A DNA stretch of 64,000 bases from an uncultured Eubacteriales bacterium (lineage in GTDB: Bacteria; Bacillota; Clostridia; Christensenellales; Borkfalkiaceae), in NCBI GenBank assembly GCA_905209085.1, contig CAJLRM010000001.1:328289-392288 (forward strand). Direction: 5' to 3'. The position numbers and the translations under genes are program-made. This document shows positions 42,530 to 52,525 of the stretch, one piece after another. Position 1 is the stretch's first letter. Each line of letters begins with the position of its first letter. The notes under the pieces are model-generated. The model worked only from the letters and a program-made list of their open reading frames with translations. It was not told the DNA's origin and made no database searches.

Positions 42530-44386
42530 CTAACGTTCGTTCCCGCTTTCCGTATAAATGCCGCTCTTTTCGCTGGCTACGATGCCGTCGGTGATCATAT
42601 TGACGAAAAAGCCGTCCGCATAGGGCTGAAAGCGGAGTTCCCTGCGATTGAAAAATTCCTTTCTTTCGGCGTCCGCCGCCGCGATCTCCTCTTCGGGCTT
42701 GCCTTCGATTTTCAGGATCAGCACGTCGATGAGCTTTAAGATATTGTCCGCGGCAAAGCGCAGGATCTCCATGCTTTCCGCCTGCACGGGCAGAAGGTCT
42801 GAAACGTCGGGAAAGTTTTTCAACGTTTCCGTCAGGAATATTTTTGCCTCTTTGAAACCGGGCAAAGCCGAAGCCGCGTCCGTTTCCTCTTTCATATATT
42901 TAAAGCTGACCGTGCGTTCCACTTCCTCGTAAAAATGACGCGCAAAATCTTCATACTTCCCGAAAGCGCTCGCATAATAATCTTCCCGGATCTCTTTAAA
43001 AGCCGCGTTTTCGTCCGAGAGCACCCGCCCCATCAGATAGAACGCGAAGCCGTTGGGATAAAAGGCGCGCTGTATCTGACAGCTTAAAAATCCGTTCAGA
43101 CCGATGGCGGCGAGAGAGCGGATATCCTCGTACAGCACCTTTGCGATCGTTTCCCCGCCGAAATCCCGATTGATGTCCCACATCAGGTGATAGTCGAAAT
43201 CGAAGCTGTCCCCTGTAAAGACTTTTTTCCAGCCCGCGAGAAAAGCGAGATATTCCGCCGCGTCGTTGGGATAGACCATTTCGTTGCGCTTATACTCCAA
43301 AAGAGGACGGGTACGCCAATCCCCCGAAACGTCGAACGCAGCCGTATAGCTTCGGAAAATGGGCGCGAACATGAGGATAAAACGATCGGGATTCAGGAGG
43401 CGCTGTTCGAGGGGAGGCCAATACAGTTCGAGATAGACGAGAAAGACGATTTTTACGTTCAAACGTCTTTCCGTCAGCAGTCTGTCGATCTCGTTGAGGA
43501 TCATCACGTACCAATCGGACATCCGTTTTTTGGCGCATTCCCCGCACTCGCAGGCGTTGTTGAAATCGTCCGCCAGCCAGAAATGCAAAACGTCTATTTC
43601 GGGATGATTTTCCGCGTATTCCGCCACCGTTTCCGCCAGCAGTTTCCGCGCCGCAGGATTGGAATAGCAGAGGTGCGTGTTCAAGGGCTTTCCCTTAAAA
43701 AACTGACGTTTGCCGCCCACTTCCGCGAGCAAACCGCGCTTTTTTTCGGACAGAACTTCCCGGCTTGTGTACCAGCCGTTGCAGTCGATGCCGAGGCACG
43801 CGGGCGTCCAGCCGTGCCCGACGGAATGATAGAGAAGGGAACGTTTTTTCAGCGCTTCCACGATGATGCCGATATAATTTTTCGCCGTTTCCTCGTCGAT
43901 CTTTTCGGGAGTCAGCAAAGGATTGCCGAGATGTTCGTACCAACGGCTGAAAAACTCGTAAGAGGTGCTGAATTGGGTGAAATAGCCGTTAAATCCCGCC
44001 TTAGCCGCCCAATCGATGAGTTCCAGCACGTTTTCCAGACTCACCGCGCCTTCGATGGTGATTCCGCGATGGCGCTGCGAGGGTTCAAAGACGCAGCAAG
44101 CGCTTATTTCCCCTATCTTTTTATGCGGAATGTACTCTCCGTTTTTCCCGGGCCGCAAAAAGCGGCAGCCGCAGCGGCGAAGCAGCTCGTATACGCCCAG
44201 CAGAAGCGCCCGAGGGCAGTTCGCCTTGATCTCTCCGCGTCCCGCGGACACCGAAATCTCGCATCTCTCGCGGAAAATATCCTCGTCCCGCCCCGCGGTC
44301 AAAGCGATGCATCCGCTCTCCCCCGTCATGAAGACAAGGTATCTGTTCAGTTCCTCTTTGGCAAATTCAATCGTTTTATGTATCAT
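42530..44386 (-). CDS. Cytoplasmic TIM-barrel hydrolase-like protein of uncertain family (DUF4838/GH20-related-like).
   Basis: 618 aa. Motifs AGFNGYFTQF, HSVGHGWT and LHFWLADDFNNACECGECAKKR, with no signal peptide. The family assignment is tentative. Confidence 0.35.
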   Translation of the reverse strand: MIHKTIEFAKEELNRYLVFMTGESGCIALTAGRDEDIFRERCEISVSAGRGEIKANCPRALLLGVYELLRRCGCRFLRPGKNGEYIPHKKIGEISACCVFEPSQRHRGITIEGAVSLENVLELIDWAAKAGFNGYFTQFSTSYEFFSRWYEHLGNPLLTPEKIDEETAKNYIGIIVEALKKRSLLYHSVGHGWTPACLGIDCNGWYTSREVLSEKKRGLLAEVGGKRQFFKGKPLNTHLCYSNPAARKLLAETVAEYAENHPEIDVLHFWLADDFNNACECGECAKKRMSDWYVMILNEIDRLLTERRLNVKIVFLVYLELYWPPLEQRLLNPDRFILMFAPIFRSYTAAFDVSGDWRTRPLLEYKRNEMVYPNDAAEYLAFLAGWKKVFTGDSFDFDYHLMWDINRDFGGETIAKVLYEDIRSLAAIGLNGFLSCQIQRAFYPNGFAFYLMGRVLSDENAAFKEIREDYYASAFGKYEDFARHFYEEVERTVSFKYMKEETDAASALPGFKEAKIFLTETLKNFPDVSDLLPVQAESMEILRFAADNILKLIDVLILKIEGKPEEEIAAADAERKEFFNRRELRFQPYADGFFVNMITDGIVASEKSGIYTESGNER

Positions 44387-44401
44387 ATCGTTTCTTTACT
44401 T

Positions 44402-45658
44402 TTATAGCATATCGTCGAACACGCCGAGAATTCCCGCGTTGATGGCGCCCATGACGGTGGCGTTTGCCGCCAGATCCGAAAAGACGATGGGGTATTCTCC
44501 CGTGAATTTTGAAATATAGTCGAGGTATTCGTTCCCGAACCCGATCACCGAACCCGTCAGCACGATCTTTTCCACGTCGAGGAGGTCGGACAAAGAAGAG
44601 GCGAACGTGGCGATGACGCGGGCGGCGGAATGGATCACCCGCACCACCAGTTCGTCTTTTTGTCTGTACGCCTCCAAAAGTTCCGTGATGGTGACGTCGT
44701 CCCACGAAAGCCCTTTTTCCCGGATCCAATCCTGCAAAACGCTCTTTTTTCCCAGGGAAAGCTCCCGCTTGACGATCGCTAAGGAACTGAAAAGCGAGGT
44801 GACGTCGTAATAGTTTCCGTAACCGAGATTCCCGTAATTGTCCTCTTCGGAGAGAAACATATTCATTTTGAAATAGCCGATCTCGCCCGCGAAACCGTGC
44901 GTCCCTTCGTACACCTTGCCGTCGATGAGCAAAGCGGCGCCCACGCCGACGTCCACGTGAAGCATCAGGGCGTTTTCCACATCCTTCAATACGTCGCCGT
45001 ACATTTTTTCGCCCAAAAGAGCCAGATTGATGTCGTTTTTCACGATGACCATGCAACCGAACTCCTGTTCGAAAATCGTTTGCAGGGAAATATTCCCAAG
45101 TTCCCGGAAACGGGGATTGAGAATGAATTTTCCGCTCTCCTTATCGATCTTGCCGGGGGAAGCGATGGCGATGCAGCAAAGCGTCCGTCCCTTTACGTTC
45201 TCGTCGTCCATCAATTGACGGATCACTTCGAGGAGGCGCGCGATGTCTTCTTTATGAAAGCAAACTCTGTCCAGCGTGCGTTTTGCGAGGATGTTGCTCC
45301 CGAAATCCGCGGCGCTGAACGAGATCTGCCAGCGGGACAAGTCCACCGCGATCACGTATCCGAAATCCGCGTTGATGGACAGATTGATCCCGCCGCGTCC
45401 CTTTGCGTCGCTCTCCCGATATACGATATTCTGTTCTATGAGATCGTCCACGATTTTCGCTATCGCCGTATTGCTGAGTTTGAGTTCCCGCGCGAGGTCG
45501 GAATAGCTCTGCGTCTTTTTTCGCAACAAATCGATGATGCTCTTTTTGTTTTTTCTTCTTAAATACGATTGATTTCTCACCTGCATATCACTTCCCATCC
45601 TTTTCGTCTTATCGATTTTTCTTAACTTTATTTTACCCCGCTTCGATTTAATAGTCAA
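44402..45658 (-). CDS. ROK-family transcriptional regulator (N-terminal wHTH plus sugar-kinase-like domain).
   Basis: 418 aa. The HTH is SYSDLARELKLSNTAIAKIVDDLIEQNIV. The ROK signature LMLHVDVGVGAALLIDGKVYEGTHGFAGEIGY is present. The true start may be a later Met (MGSDMQ or MQVRN). Confidence 0.75.
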   Translation of the reverse strand: MTIKSKRGKIKLRKIDKTKRMGSDMQVRNQSYLRRKNKKSIIDLLRKKTQSYSDLARELKLSNTAIAKIVDDLIEQNIVYRESDAKGRGGINLSINADFGYVIAVDLSRWQISFSAADFGSNILAKRTLDRVCFHKEDIARLLEVIRQLMDDENVKGRTLCCIAIASPGKIDKESGKFILNPRFRELGNISLQTIFEQEFGCMVIVKNDINLALLGEKMYGDVLKDVENALMLHVDVGVGAALLIDGKVYEGTHGFAGEIGYFKMNMFLSEEDNYGNLGYGNYYDVTSLFSSLAIVKRELSLGKKSVLQDWIREKGLSWDDVTITELLEAYRQKDELVVRVIHSAARVIATFASSLSDLLDVEKIVLTGSVIGFGNEYLDYISKFTGEYPIVFSDLAANATVMGAINAGILGVFDDML

Positions 45659-45739
45659 CTAAAAACGGACCGTTTCCCGTTTATAGAAACGTTTGGAAAT
45701 CAAACGGTTTTTTTCAGCCGATCGATAAGGCAAAGGAAT

Positions 45740-46972
45740 CTACTCCCGCTTCTTTAACGCAAAGCCGACCGCCAGCAATGCAAGAGCCGAAAACGTCCCC
45801 GCGCCCGCCAGGCTTTTGCAGCCGCCGCCCCCGCCCGACGAATCCCGCGCCTTTGCGACGAGATAGGAAACGGGTGCGGAAAGGTCGCTGTCCAGGGCCT
45901 CGAAGGTATCCTCCGAGAGCGCCTTGACGGAAAAGATATGTTCGCCCTCGCTCAATTCCTCTTCGACCTGATAGCTGCTCTTATTGGAGGTCTTTACGGA
46001 TTTTCCGTCGAGATATACGGTATAGAGATTGGCGCCCGCGATCTTTTCCCAGCGCAACGTCTTGCTTGCCTCGTCCCATACGAGCACGGGCGCGGGCAGT
46101 TTTTCGATGACGGGCGGCAGCTGCGTATCCGCTACGCTGACGTAAAAATCGTCCACCAAAATATCCGCCGTACAGCAGTCGAGGCTCAAAAAGCCGAAAT
46201 AATCGAACGAATTGACCTCGAAGCTGCAATCCGCCACCTGCACCCCGTCGAGATACATCCGATAGCGATTATTTTCCGCTTCGAGTTTGTATTCCATCCA
46301 GGGAGTGTCTTCGCCCGCGACCGCATTGGGCACAGCGTAGGACCGAGCGCTGAACGTCAGCTTTTCGCCGAACATTTCCCCGAACGCCGCGTCGGAAAAA
46401 TCGTTGGTCGTGCCGCCGTTGAATACGGCGTACGTATGCGGGGAAACCTCCGTGTTTTGCGTATACCTCTGTACGGTGAAGAGCAGATTGTTCGTCCCGA
46501 GATAGTGCGCCTCCGCCTTTTTTCGGAAGGAAATTCCCACCCAGCCGCGCTCCGCCGCCTTTTCCGTCAAAAATTTCAGCCGAAACCCCGCCGTGAAATT
46601 TTTTACCCGATAATCCCCGCCCGGACCGATATGGAAATAGGAATTCATCGCCACCGAAGCGTTGTCGAGATGGAGAACTTTGTTCCCGCTTTCTCCGTTT
46701 TCGTATTCTATTTTGCCCACTCCCTTCAAGTGCGCGTCGATTCCCTGTTCCTCGCCGCCGTTTAAAACGTTATTCGACCATTTCTCCGCAAACGCGGCGT
46801 CCGTTTCGATAAACGCGCCGTCCGCGGCGTAGGATTCGAAGTCGTCGGAAAAGCCGGGCAGCGCCGCGCGCTCCTCCGCATAGGCCGCTTTTGAAGAGAA
46901 CGGGCTCAGCGATATACAGAGAGCCAGAAGTCCGCCTACGAGCGAAAATGTCTTTTTCATCTTTCTATTCAT
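45740..46972 (-). CDS. Secreted LamG/concanavalin-like plus FN3-like protein with a C-terminal Gly/Cys linker, TM helix and basic tail.
   Basis: ~410 aa from Met38 (MNRKMKKTFSLVGGLLALCISLSPFSSKAAYA is the signal peptide). The C-terminus is SSGGGGGCKSLAGAGTFSALALLAVGFALKKRE. Confidence 0.55.
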   Translation of the reverse strand: MNRKMKKTFSLVGGLLALCISLSPFSSKAAYAEERAALPGFSDDFESYAADGAFIETDAAFAEKWSNNVLNGGEEQGIDAHLKGVGKIEYENGESGNKVLHLDNASVAMNSYFHIGPGGDYRVKNFTAGFRLKFLTEKAAERGWVGISFRKKAEAHYLGTNNLLFTVQRYTQNTEVSPHTYAVFNGGTTNDFSDAAFGEMFGEKLTFSARSYAVPNAVAGEDTPWMEYKLEAENNRYRMYLDGVQVADCSFEVNSFDYFGFLSLDCCTADILVDDFYVSVADTQLPPVIEKLPAPVLVWDEASKTLRWEKIAGANLYTVYLDGKSVKTSNKSSYQVEEELSEGEHIFSVKALSEDTFEALDSDLSAPVSYLVAKARDSSGGGGGCKSLAGAGTFSALALLAVGFALKKRE

Positions 46973-47218
46973 GAACCTCCCGTCACAAAACGAAAATACT
47001 TTCCCGCCCCTTGCGTCCTTCCTTTTGACGTCACCGCTTTGCGGAAAAGGCAAGGGGGGATATAAATGGTGAAAATCGCGCAAAAATACGGTTGAAACCG
47101 CACGACAAAATCTTTAAAGCGGACGATCGACGCCGTTCTCTTCTTTTGTAAAAAAGCTCTTGTCCGAAACTCGCCGAATATCGCCCTTCCGCCTCGCGGG
47201 GACAAACTTTTCTCCGCT

Positions 47219-48688
47219 TTACCCGACGACCACCAGCACCGCTTCCCCCGCGCCGAGGCTTACGGACAGACTTTCGCCCGCAAAGTCCTTTTTGCCGCCG
47301 CCGTCGACGGCGTAGCCGCTCACTTTCCCGTTAAAATTTAGGGTGATCTCGTCCGCCGCCGCACACCCTTGAATCGTATCGTCCGCAACGGCGTTGTTCA
47401 CGACGTAAAGAGCCGTTTTGCCGTCGTAGTCGAAACATCCGACGAGGGCGTGATTGGAAGAAACGGACGAAAGTTCTTTGAACGTCCCTCCGAGAAGATC
47501 CCCTTCGGGGATGCTCATGCGCTCCTCTCCCCGATTGAGCTGAGGCATGACTCCTTTTACGATGACGCCTTCGCTCTTCGCGCACATCAGTACTTCGTCC
47601 ACCGCCGCGATCATCTCGTTTGCCAGCTTCACGCGGCCGTACATTTCCGTCTTATTTCCCTCTGCGTCGAACATGGAGCCGACGAAATCCCCCTGCGGAT
47701 TGACGCCGCAGAAATACTGAATCCCCTTCGCGCCGTAAGCGAGGCAGGTATTGACGTTCCACAAAAGATCCGCCTGCGTCGGGAGCCGCTGACCGTCCGC
47801 GAACGAACAGGTCTGCACATACACCCAGAAAGGAATGTTCGCTTTTAACGCCGCCGTGCGGATGAGGGACATATTTTCAAAATATCCGTTCATGAGAGCG
47901 GGAAAAGAGCCTTGAATGGGATAAAAGTCGTAAGAGAGCACCTGAGGCTCGAAAATTTCCATATAGTCCCGCAAATATTGCTCATAGGTGTACGACTCCA
48001 CGGGCAACGTGTCTTCGGAAGTATAGGAACGGAACCAAAGCTGCTTTTCGTTCGCATACGTCGGAAACAGATTGACGTGATAGAGCTTTTCGGAAGTATC
48101 CTTTAAAACGTTTTCGAAGATCGAGCGCGAGGAGGCGAGATTTTCGTACATCGTTCTGCCAGGTTCGTCCGAGAGCATGATGCCCGCGAAATTCTCGTGA
48201 TGCATGACCGTGGCGAGCGCGCTGCGGACGTTGCTCTCCGATTTGACATTGTCCGCGCCCGAGTACGCGAGCAGATACGCCAGATCGTAATCGTAACAAA
48301 AATCGAGCGCCGTCGCCACGTCCGCCTGATTCAACGTGACGTAATCGGTAAGCCCCATCATCGTGTTGACGCCCGCCTCCGCGTACGCTTTAAAAATTTC
48401 CTCGTCGGTGAGAAAATTCTTTTCGTAGCCGTATTTTGCGGGAGGGATGGAATTGTACGCCCCCACGGGCATGGTCTTATAATCGTGCTGGGGAAACCAA
48501 TACGAGCCGTACGTGCCGTAATCGATCGTCCCCCCTTGCGCCGAGGAGCTGTCGGACAAAGAATTTCCGGGCGAGGAATCGGCGGACGAGCTTTCCGCGC
48601 TGTCGGACGGCGCCGCGCACGCCGCCGAGAAAAGCAGCAGCGCGGACAAAAACGCCGACGCGGCGATATAAAATTTCTTTTTCATCAT
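47219..48688 (-). CDS. Lipoprotein, putative TIM-barrel glycoside hydrolase with a C-terminal beta-sandwich. Paralog of 55065..56501.
   Basis: 489 aa from the ATG at 48688 (MMKKKFYIAASAFLSALLLFSAACAAP; RBS AGGAAAG). It shares GIQYFCG and terminal beta-domain features with the paralog. The 81 upstream codons of the long ORF are artefact. Confidence 0.5.
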   Translation of the reverse strand: MMKKKFYIAASAFLSALLLFSAACAAPSDSAESSSADSSPGNSLSDSSSAQGGTIDYGTYGSYWFPQHDYKTMPVGAYNSIPPAKYGYEKNFLTDEEIFKAYAEAGVNTMMGLTDYVTLNQADVATALDFCYDYDLAYLLAYSGADNVKSESNVRSALATVMHHENFAGIMLSDEPGRTMYENLASSRSIFENVLKDTSEKLYHVNLFPTYANEKQLWFRSYTSEDTLPVESYTYEQYLRDYMEIFEPQVLSYDFYPIQGSFPALMNGYFENMSLIRTAALKANIPFWVYVQTCSFADGQRLPTQADLLWNVNTCLAYGAKGIQYFCGVNPQGDFVGSMFDAEGNKTEMYGRVKLANEMIAAVDEVLMCAKSEGVIVKGVMPQLNRGEERMSIPEGDLLGGTFKELSSVSSNHALVGCFDYDGKTALYVVNNAVADDTIQGCAAADEITLNFNGKVSGYAVDGGGKKDFAGESLSVSLGAGEAVLVVVG

Positions 48689-48723
48689 TTCTTTCCTGTT
48701 CCTTTTATTCGTAAAACCGCGCG

Positions 48724-49590
48724 TTATCCCTTGATGCCGCCGATCGTCGTATTGTTCATGATCGTCTTTTGGAAAATGCTGAAAATGACGAGGACGGGAA
48801 TCATGGAAAAGATCACCGCGGCAAAAACCTGGGGAAGATTGTTCTTGTTCTGATCGGAAATCCGCTGTAAGCCGTAAGCGATGGTCGCTTTTTCGGGCAT
48901 ATACATATAGACGGTGAAATAGTCGTTCCAATACCCGATCGCGGAAAGAATGCCCAGGGAAACGAGCACGGGCACCGCCATGGGAATCATGATGGTGAAA
49001 TAGATTCGGAAATGTCCCGCGCCGTCGATCTGCGCCGCTTCCGCATACGTCCAGGACAAATTTTTATAAAAGCCGTACATGATGAGAAAATACGAGCCGA
49101 ATCCGCCGCAGGCAAAAATGAAATATCCCGTATACGTATTGATCAGTCCGACAGAATTATACATTTTATACGTGGAAGCCATGGATCCCATCGTCGGAAT
49201 CATCATGATGATCACCGCGAAGGAATAGAACGCGTCCCTGCCTTTAAACTCGTACTTCGTCACCACATAGGCGGTGGCGGAGCAGGACATCAGGGAAAGA
49301 AAAGTGGCTCCCACCGTCATAAAAAGGCTGTTGAAATACATCATCGGGACGGATACGCGGTCCGCGGAAAGCGTAAAGCTGTTTTTCCAGTTTTCCAGCG
49401 TCCATACCTTGGGCAAGCCGTTGATATTTAAAAAGAAGTCCTTTCTCGTCTTGAAAGAGTTTAAAAGGCACCACAAAAACGGAAACAACAAAGATACGGC
49501 ATACAAGGCGAAAATAGCGAAAACCACCCACATGACGATGGAATCTTTTTTCGTCTTATGTACTCTATTCATTCTCATATACACCCTCAA
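48724..49590 (-). CDS. Carbohydrate ABC transporter permease (LplC/UgpE-like).
   Basis: 288 aa with six TM helices and an EAA-loop region (YAEAAQIDGAGHFRIYFTIMIP). Confidence 0.8.
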   Translation of the reverse strand: MRVYMRMNRVHKTKKDSIVMWVVFAIFALYAVSLLFPFLWCLLNSFKTRKDFFLNINGLPKVWTLENWKNSFTLSADRVSVPMMYFNSLFMTVGATFLSLMSCSATAYVVTKYEFKGRDAFYSFAVIIMMIPTMGSMASTYKMYNSVGLINTYTGYFIFACGGFGSYFLIMYGFYKNLSWTYAEAAQIDGAGHFRIYFTIMIPMAVPVLVSLGILSAIGYWNDYFTVYMYMPEKATIAYGLQRISDQNKNNLPQVFAAVIFSMIPVLVIFSIFQKTIMNNTTIGGIKG

Positions 49591-49592
49591 AG

Positions 49593-49615
49593 AGCTTTTG
49601 AGGAAAGGGGAGAGG
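49593..49615 (-). promoter_or_regulatory. Intercistronic stem-loop between the 938-aa gene and the permease gene.
   Basis: GGAAAGGGGA-GAGGC-TCCCCTTTC. There is no U-tract, so it is a likely mRNA-processing or stability element. Confidence 0.35.
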
Positions 49616-49665
49616 CTCCCCTTTCTTAAAAACTCACATACGATTTCTTGCCGTGCTTTTACAAT

Positions 49666-52482
49666 TTACTTTCTGCGTTTTTTCGAGAACAGAAGCGCCG
49701 CTGCGCCTGCCGCCGCGATCAAGGCGCCGCCGCCCATGGCGCTGCCGCAGCCGCTTTCCGTACCCGACGAGCCGGAAGTATTCTCCGAACTCTCCTTCGT
49801 TGAAGAATCCCCGCTGTCGCTCGCGGAATCGCCGCCCGACGAAAGGACGTAGTCCACCGAGTTTCTGGACGCGATATGCGCCGCCGTGTCCGAAGGGTTC
49901 GCAGTTACCGTCACTTTATACGTGCCGTCCGCCGTCAGAGAGGAGAGGTCGATCTCCGTGGCAGTCACGTTCTTTTCCAGCACCGTATCGCTGCCGAGTT
50001 TCACCGTCACGTCATAGCTCGCCGCGCCGTCCACCGCTTTCCAGGTGACTTTTTTCGCCGAAGGATTCGCCGTCAGTTCCGGTTTTTCGAGCGGCGTGGG
50101 CAGAGGGTCGTTCGCCATGTCGGCGGGAGCCACGTCCGCGACGAAATCCGCGGTGAGAGCCTTTTCCGAAGCCGCAAACGTCAGGACGTCCCGGCGGGAA
50201 ACGGGCGTAACCGCAAAATTGTCCATTTCGAAATAGGCGGGAGAATCGGTGGCGATGCCGAGATAGCCTTCCGTGTCCGCCGCGTTAAATTCGAGGACCT
50301 TTATGTATTCGCCTTTGACGGCGCCCGTCGCGGCGTCCACTTCCGCCAGAAAGAGCGCCACTTTGTTGTTCACGCAGACGAGCTTGACTCGCGTGGTCTT
50401 GTTGTACATACTGTAAATATTTCCCGCGTTGTCGGGATCGGGATCGTACCACGCCGCCACGTTGTTATCGGGCTTGCTTGCGTCGTACCCGCCGTTGTAA
50501 TTGGGAATAGAAGTCGCGGTGGGGGAAGTCGTCGCTTTGAGTTTGGACAAAGCTACCGTGGGGCATTTACAGGTCGCAGCCATAGCCAAGGGCGCAATGA
50601 TCGTTTCGTTGTTGCCGTAAAAATCGATGGCGGCGAGTCCTTCGTTGATGCCGATCGCATACACGGTGCTGTCCGTGATGGAGAGTCCGCCCTCTTTCAT
50701 GCCGAACACGAGATAGGCGGCGGAAGGTCTGTTGCCGCTCAGAACGAGCGCGCCCCTCTGCTGTACGGGGACGGAAATATAATCGAACTGCATCACGAAA
50801 TCCGCGTACTTCTTCGTGGTGAGCAGGCGGGTGCCCGTCGAGGTGCCGTAGAATCCCAATTTGCCGTTTTCCGCGGTGACGCCCGTCAGATCGTGCGAAG
50901 TAGAGTCCGTCTTGATCATGTGCGTTTCGGGAGCGATGTTGGAAGCGAACTGGAATTTGTCGCTGCTGATATAGTTCCCCGTAAAGTTGCTGGTCACCGT
51001 TTCCGCGCCCTCTTCGTTGTCCTTGAATTGGTAGCCCGTCATCGTCAGGTTATCTTTGAGCATATAGCTCAAATTGCCTTCGCCTTTGTGCGTAACGGCG
51101 AAAAATCCGTCGGGATCGAAATTTTCGAGAAGGATCTTTTCGTTTTCCCCGACGACGATTTCGAGGTCGGCGCCCTTTCCCGTAAACGTCACGGGGATCG
51201 CCGCCGCGCGTTCGCCGATCGCCCCGTCCGCCACTTCCACTTCGGCAAACAGCGCGGAAGACGCCTCTTCTTTATCCACCTTCTCTCCGCCGAACATCAC
51301 CTTGCCGTCTTTGACGGTAAAATAGAAATAACTGTGCGCGCCCGTCAGGGAACGGCTGTTTTCATAGCCGAATCCGAATCCGACCTTCTGCCCCGCGGCA
51401 AGTTCTTTGAGAATGACCTGCGCCTTCATTTCGAGATTGGTCGCCAGGCCCTTATCCGTTTGCAGAGCCGCCCGCGTGACGATTCCCGTGCCCGCGGCGG
51501 GATTGGTGATATTGAGTCCGCTCGCCTCTCTCGGCGTGCGTTCCAATCCCCTGGCGATGAAACAGTCCGCCGCTGCCGCCGCGTCTTTCTCCGTGATCAC
51601 TTTGCTCGCGTCGTCCATATCGGTGGTGAAAATCGTATCCGTCTTGGTCGTTTCCCCTTCCTGATAGGAAGCGGTGAGCGTCGCGCCGTCCACGACCAGC
51701 CCGTTCGCATAGCGCACATACGCATTGGCGAAAAAGTCGGAAGTGCCGTCGTAAGGCGCCCAATTGGATACCACGGAGGTGACCTCCGTCCATCTGTCCC
51801 ACTCGGAGAAAAATCCGTTGATGAGCTTTACGTCCACCCAGTCGTTCTCGTTCACCGTCATCTCCATGCGGAAATAGGTATTGCCGTACGCCGTGATATT
51901 GTTTTTAAAGGTGCCGGCAGACCAGGAATACGCCTCCCAGCCGAGCTCTCCCCCGAGGGGAATATCCTTTCCCGCTCCGCCGTTATAGAAAAGCTGAGGC
52001 ATCGGGTCGTCCGCCGTCGCGGACGCTCTTTCCCCCGCCACCGAAGAGATACCGTTATTGCCGCCCGTCAGGACAAAGCCGTAGGTGTGGCTTTCGGAAA
52101 GAGATTTCGCTCCGGGGACCAGCTTGAATTGCAGATTATCGCTTTCGAGTCCCACAAATTTATACGTGAGCGTCACCTTTACGCCCTCTTTCGCCATCGT
52201 CGCCTTGGGCACGGGCGTGCCCACCAGCATTTCCTGCCATTCGCCGTTGTTATAATTGACGGCGTAATCGGTCGCTTCCGCCGCCACGTATGCGTCGGCG
52301 TCCCCTTCCGCCTGTTCGAGGACTTTAAAGTTCGTGAGGTTGATCTCGTTCTTCGACGTAATCAAACCGTCGCCCGCAGGCTTGCTTTCCACCGTCCCCG
52401 CGCTTGCGAGAATCGTGCCGGTACCCAGCGATCCCGCCAGCAGCACCGCCGCCAGCAGCGTCAGAAATTTTTTGTTTCTCAT
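49666..52482 (-). CDS. 938-aa secreted multi-domain surface protein (several LamG/concanavalin-like domains plus FN3-like) with a C-terminal Gly/Ser/Cys linker, TM helix and basic tail.
   Basis: The signal peptide is MRNKKFLTLLAAVLLAGSLGTGTILASA. The C-terminus is SGSSGTESGCGSAMGGGALIAAAGAAALLFSKKRRK. The gene is inserted between the two ABC permease genes. Confidence 0.6.
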   Translation of the reverse strand: MRNKKFLTLLAAVLLAGSLGTGTILASAGTVESKPAGDGLITSKNEINLTNFKVLEQAEGDADAYVAAEATDYAVNYNNGEWQEMLVGTPVPKATMAKEGVKVTLTYKFVGLESDNLQFKLVPGAKSLSESHTYGFVLTGGNNGISSVAGERASATADDPMPQLFYNGGAGKDIPLGGELGWEAYSWSAGTFKNNITAYGNTYFRMEMTVNENDWVDVKLINGFFSEWDRWTEVTSVVSNWAPYDGTSDFFANAYVRYANGLVVDGATLTASYQEGETTKTDTIFTTDMDDASKVITEKDAAAAADCFIARGLERTPREASGLNITNPAAGTGIVTRAALQTDKGLATNLEMKAQVILKELAAGQKVGFGFGYENSRSLTGAHSYFYFTVKDGKVMFGGEKVDKEEASSALFAEVEVADGAIGERAAAIPVTFTGKGADLEIVVGENEKILLENFDPDGFFAVTHKGEGNLSYMLKDNLTMTGYQFKDNEEGAETVTSNFTGNYISSDKFQFASNIAPETHMIKTDSTSHDLTGVTAENGKLGFYGTSTGTRLLTTKKYADFVMQFDYISVPVQQRGALVLSGNRPSAAYLVFGMKEGGLSITDSTVYAIGINEGLAAIDFYGNNETIIAPLAMAATCKCPTVALSKLKATTSPTATSIPNYNGGYDASKPDNNVAAWYDPDPDNAGNIYSMYNKTTRVKLVCVNNKVALFLAEVDAATGAVKGEYIKVLEFNAADTEGYLGIATDSPAYFEMDNFAVTPVSRRDVLTFAASEKALTADFVADVAPADMANDPLPTPLEKPELTANPSAKKVTWKAVDGAASYDVTVKLGSDTVLEKNVTATEIDLSSLTADGTYKVTVTANPSDTAAHIASRNSVDYVLSSGGDSASDSGDSSTKESSENTSGSSGTESGCGSAMGGGALIAAAGAAALLFSKKRRK

Positions 52483-52525
52483 CTTGTTTCTCCTTTCATT
52501 TTATACGGGTCGCACCCGTTTTCTT

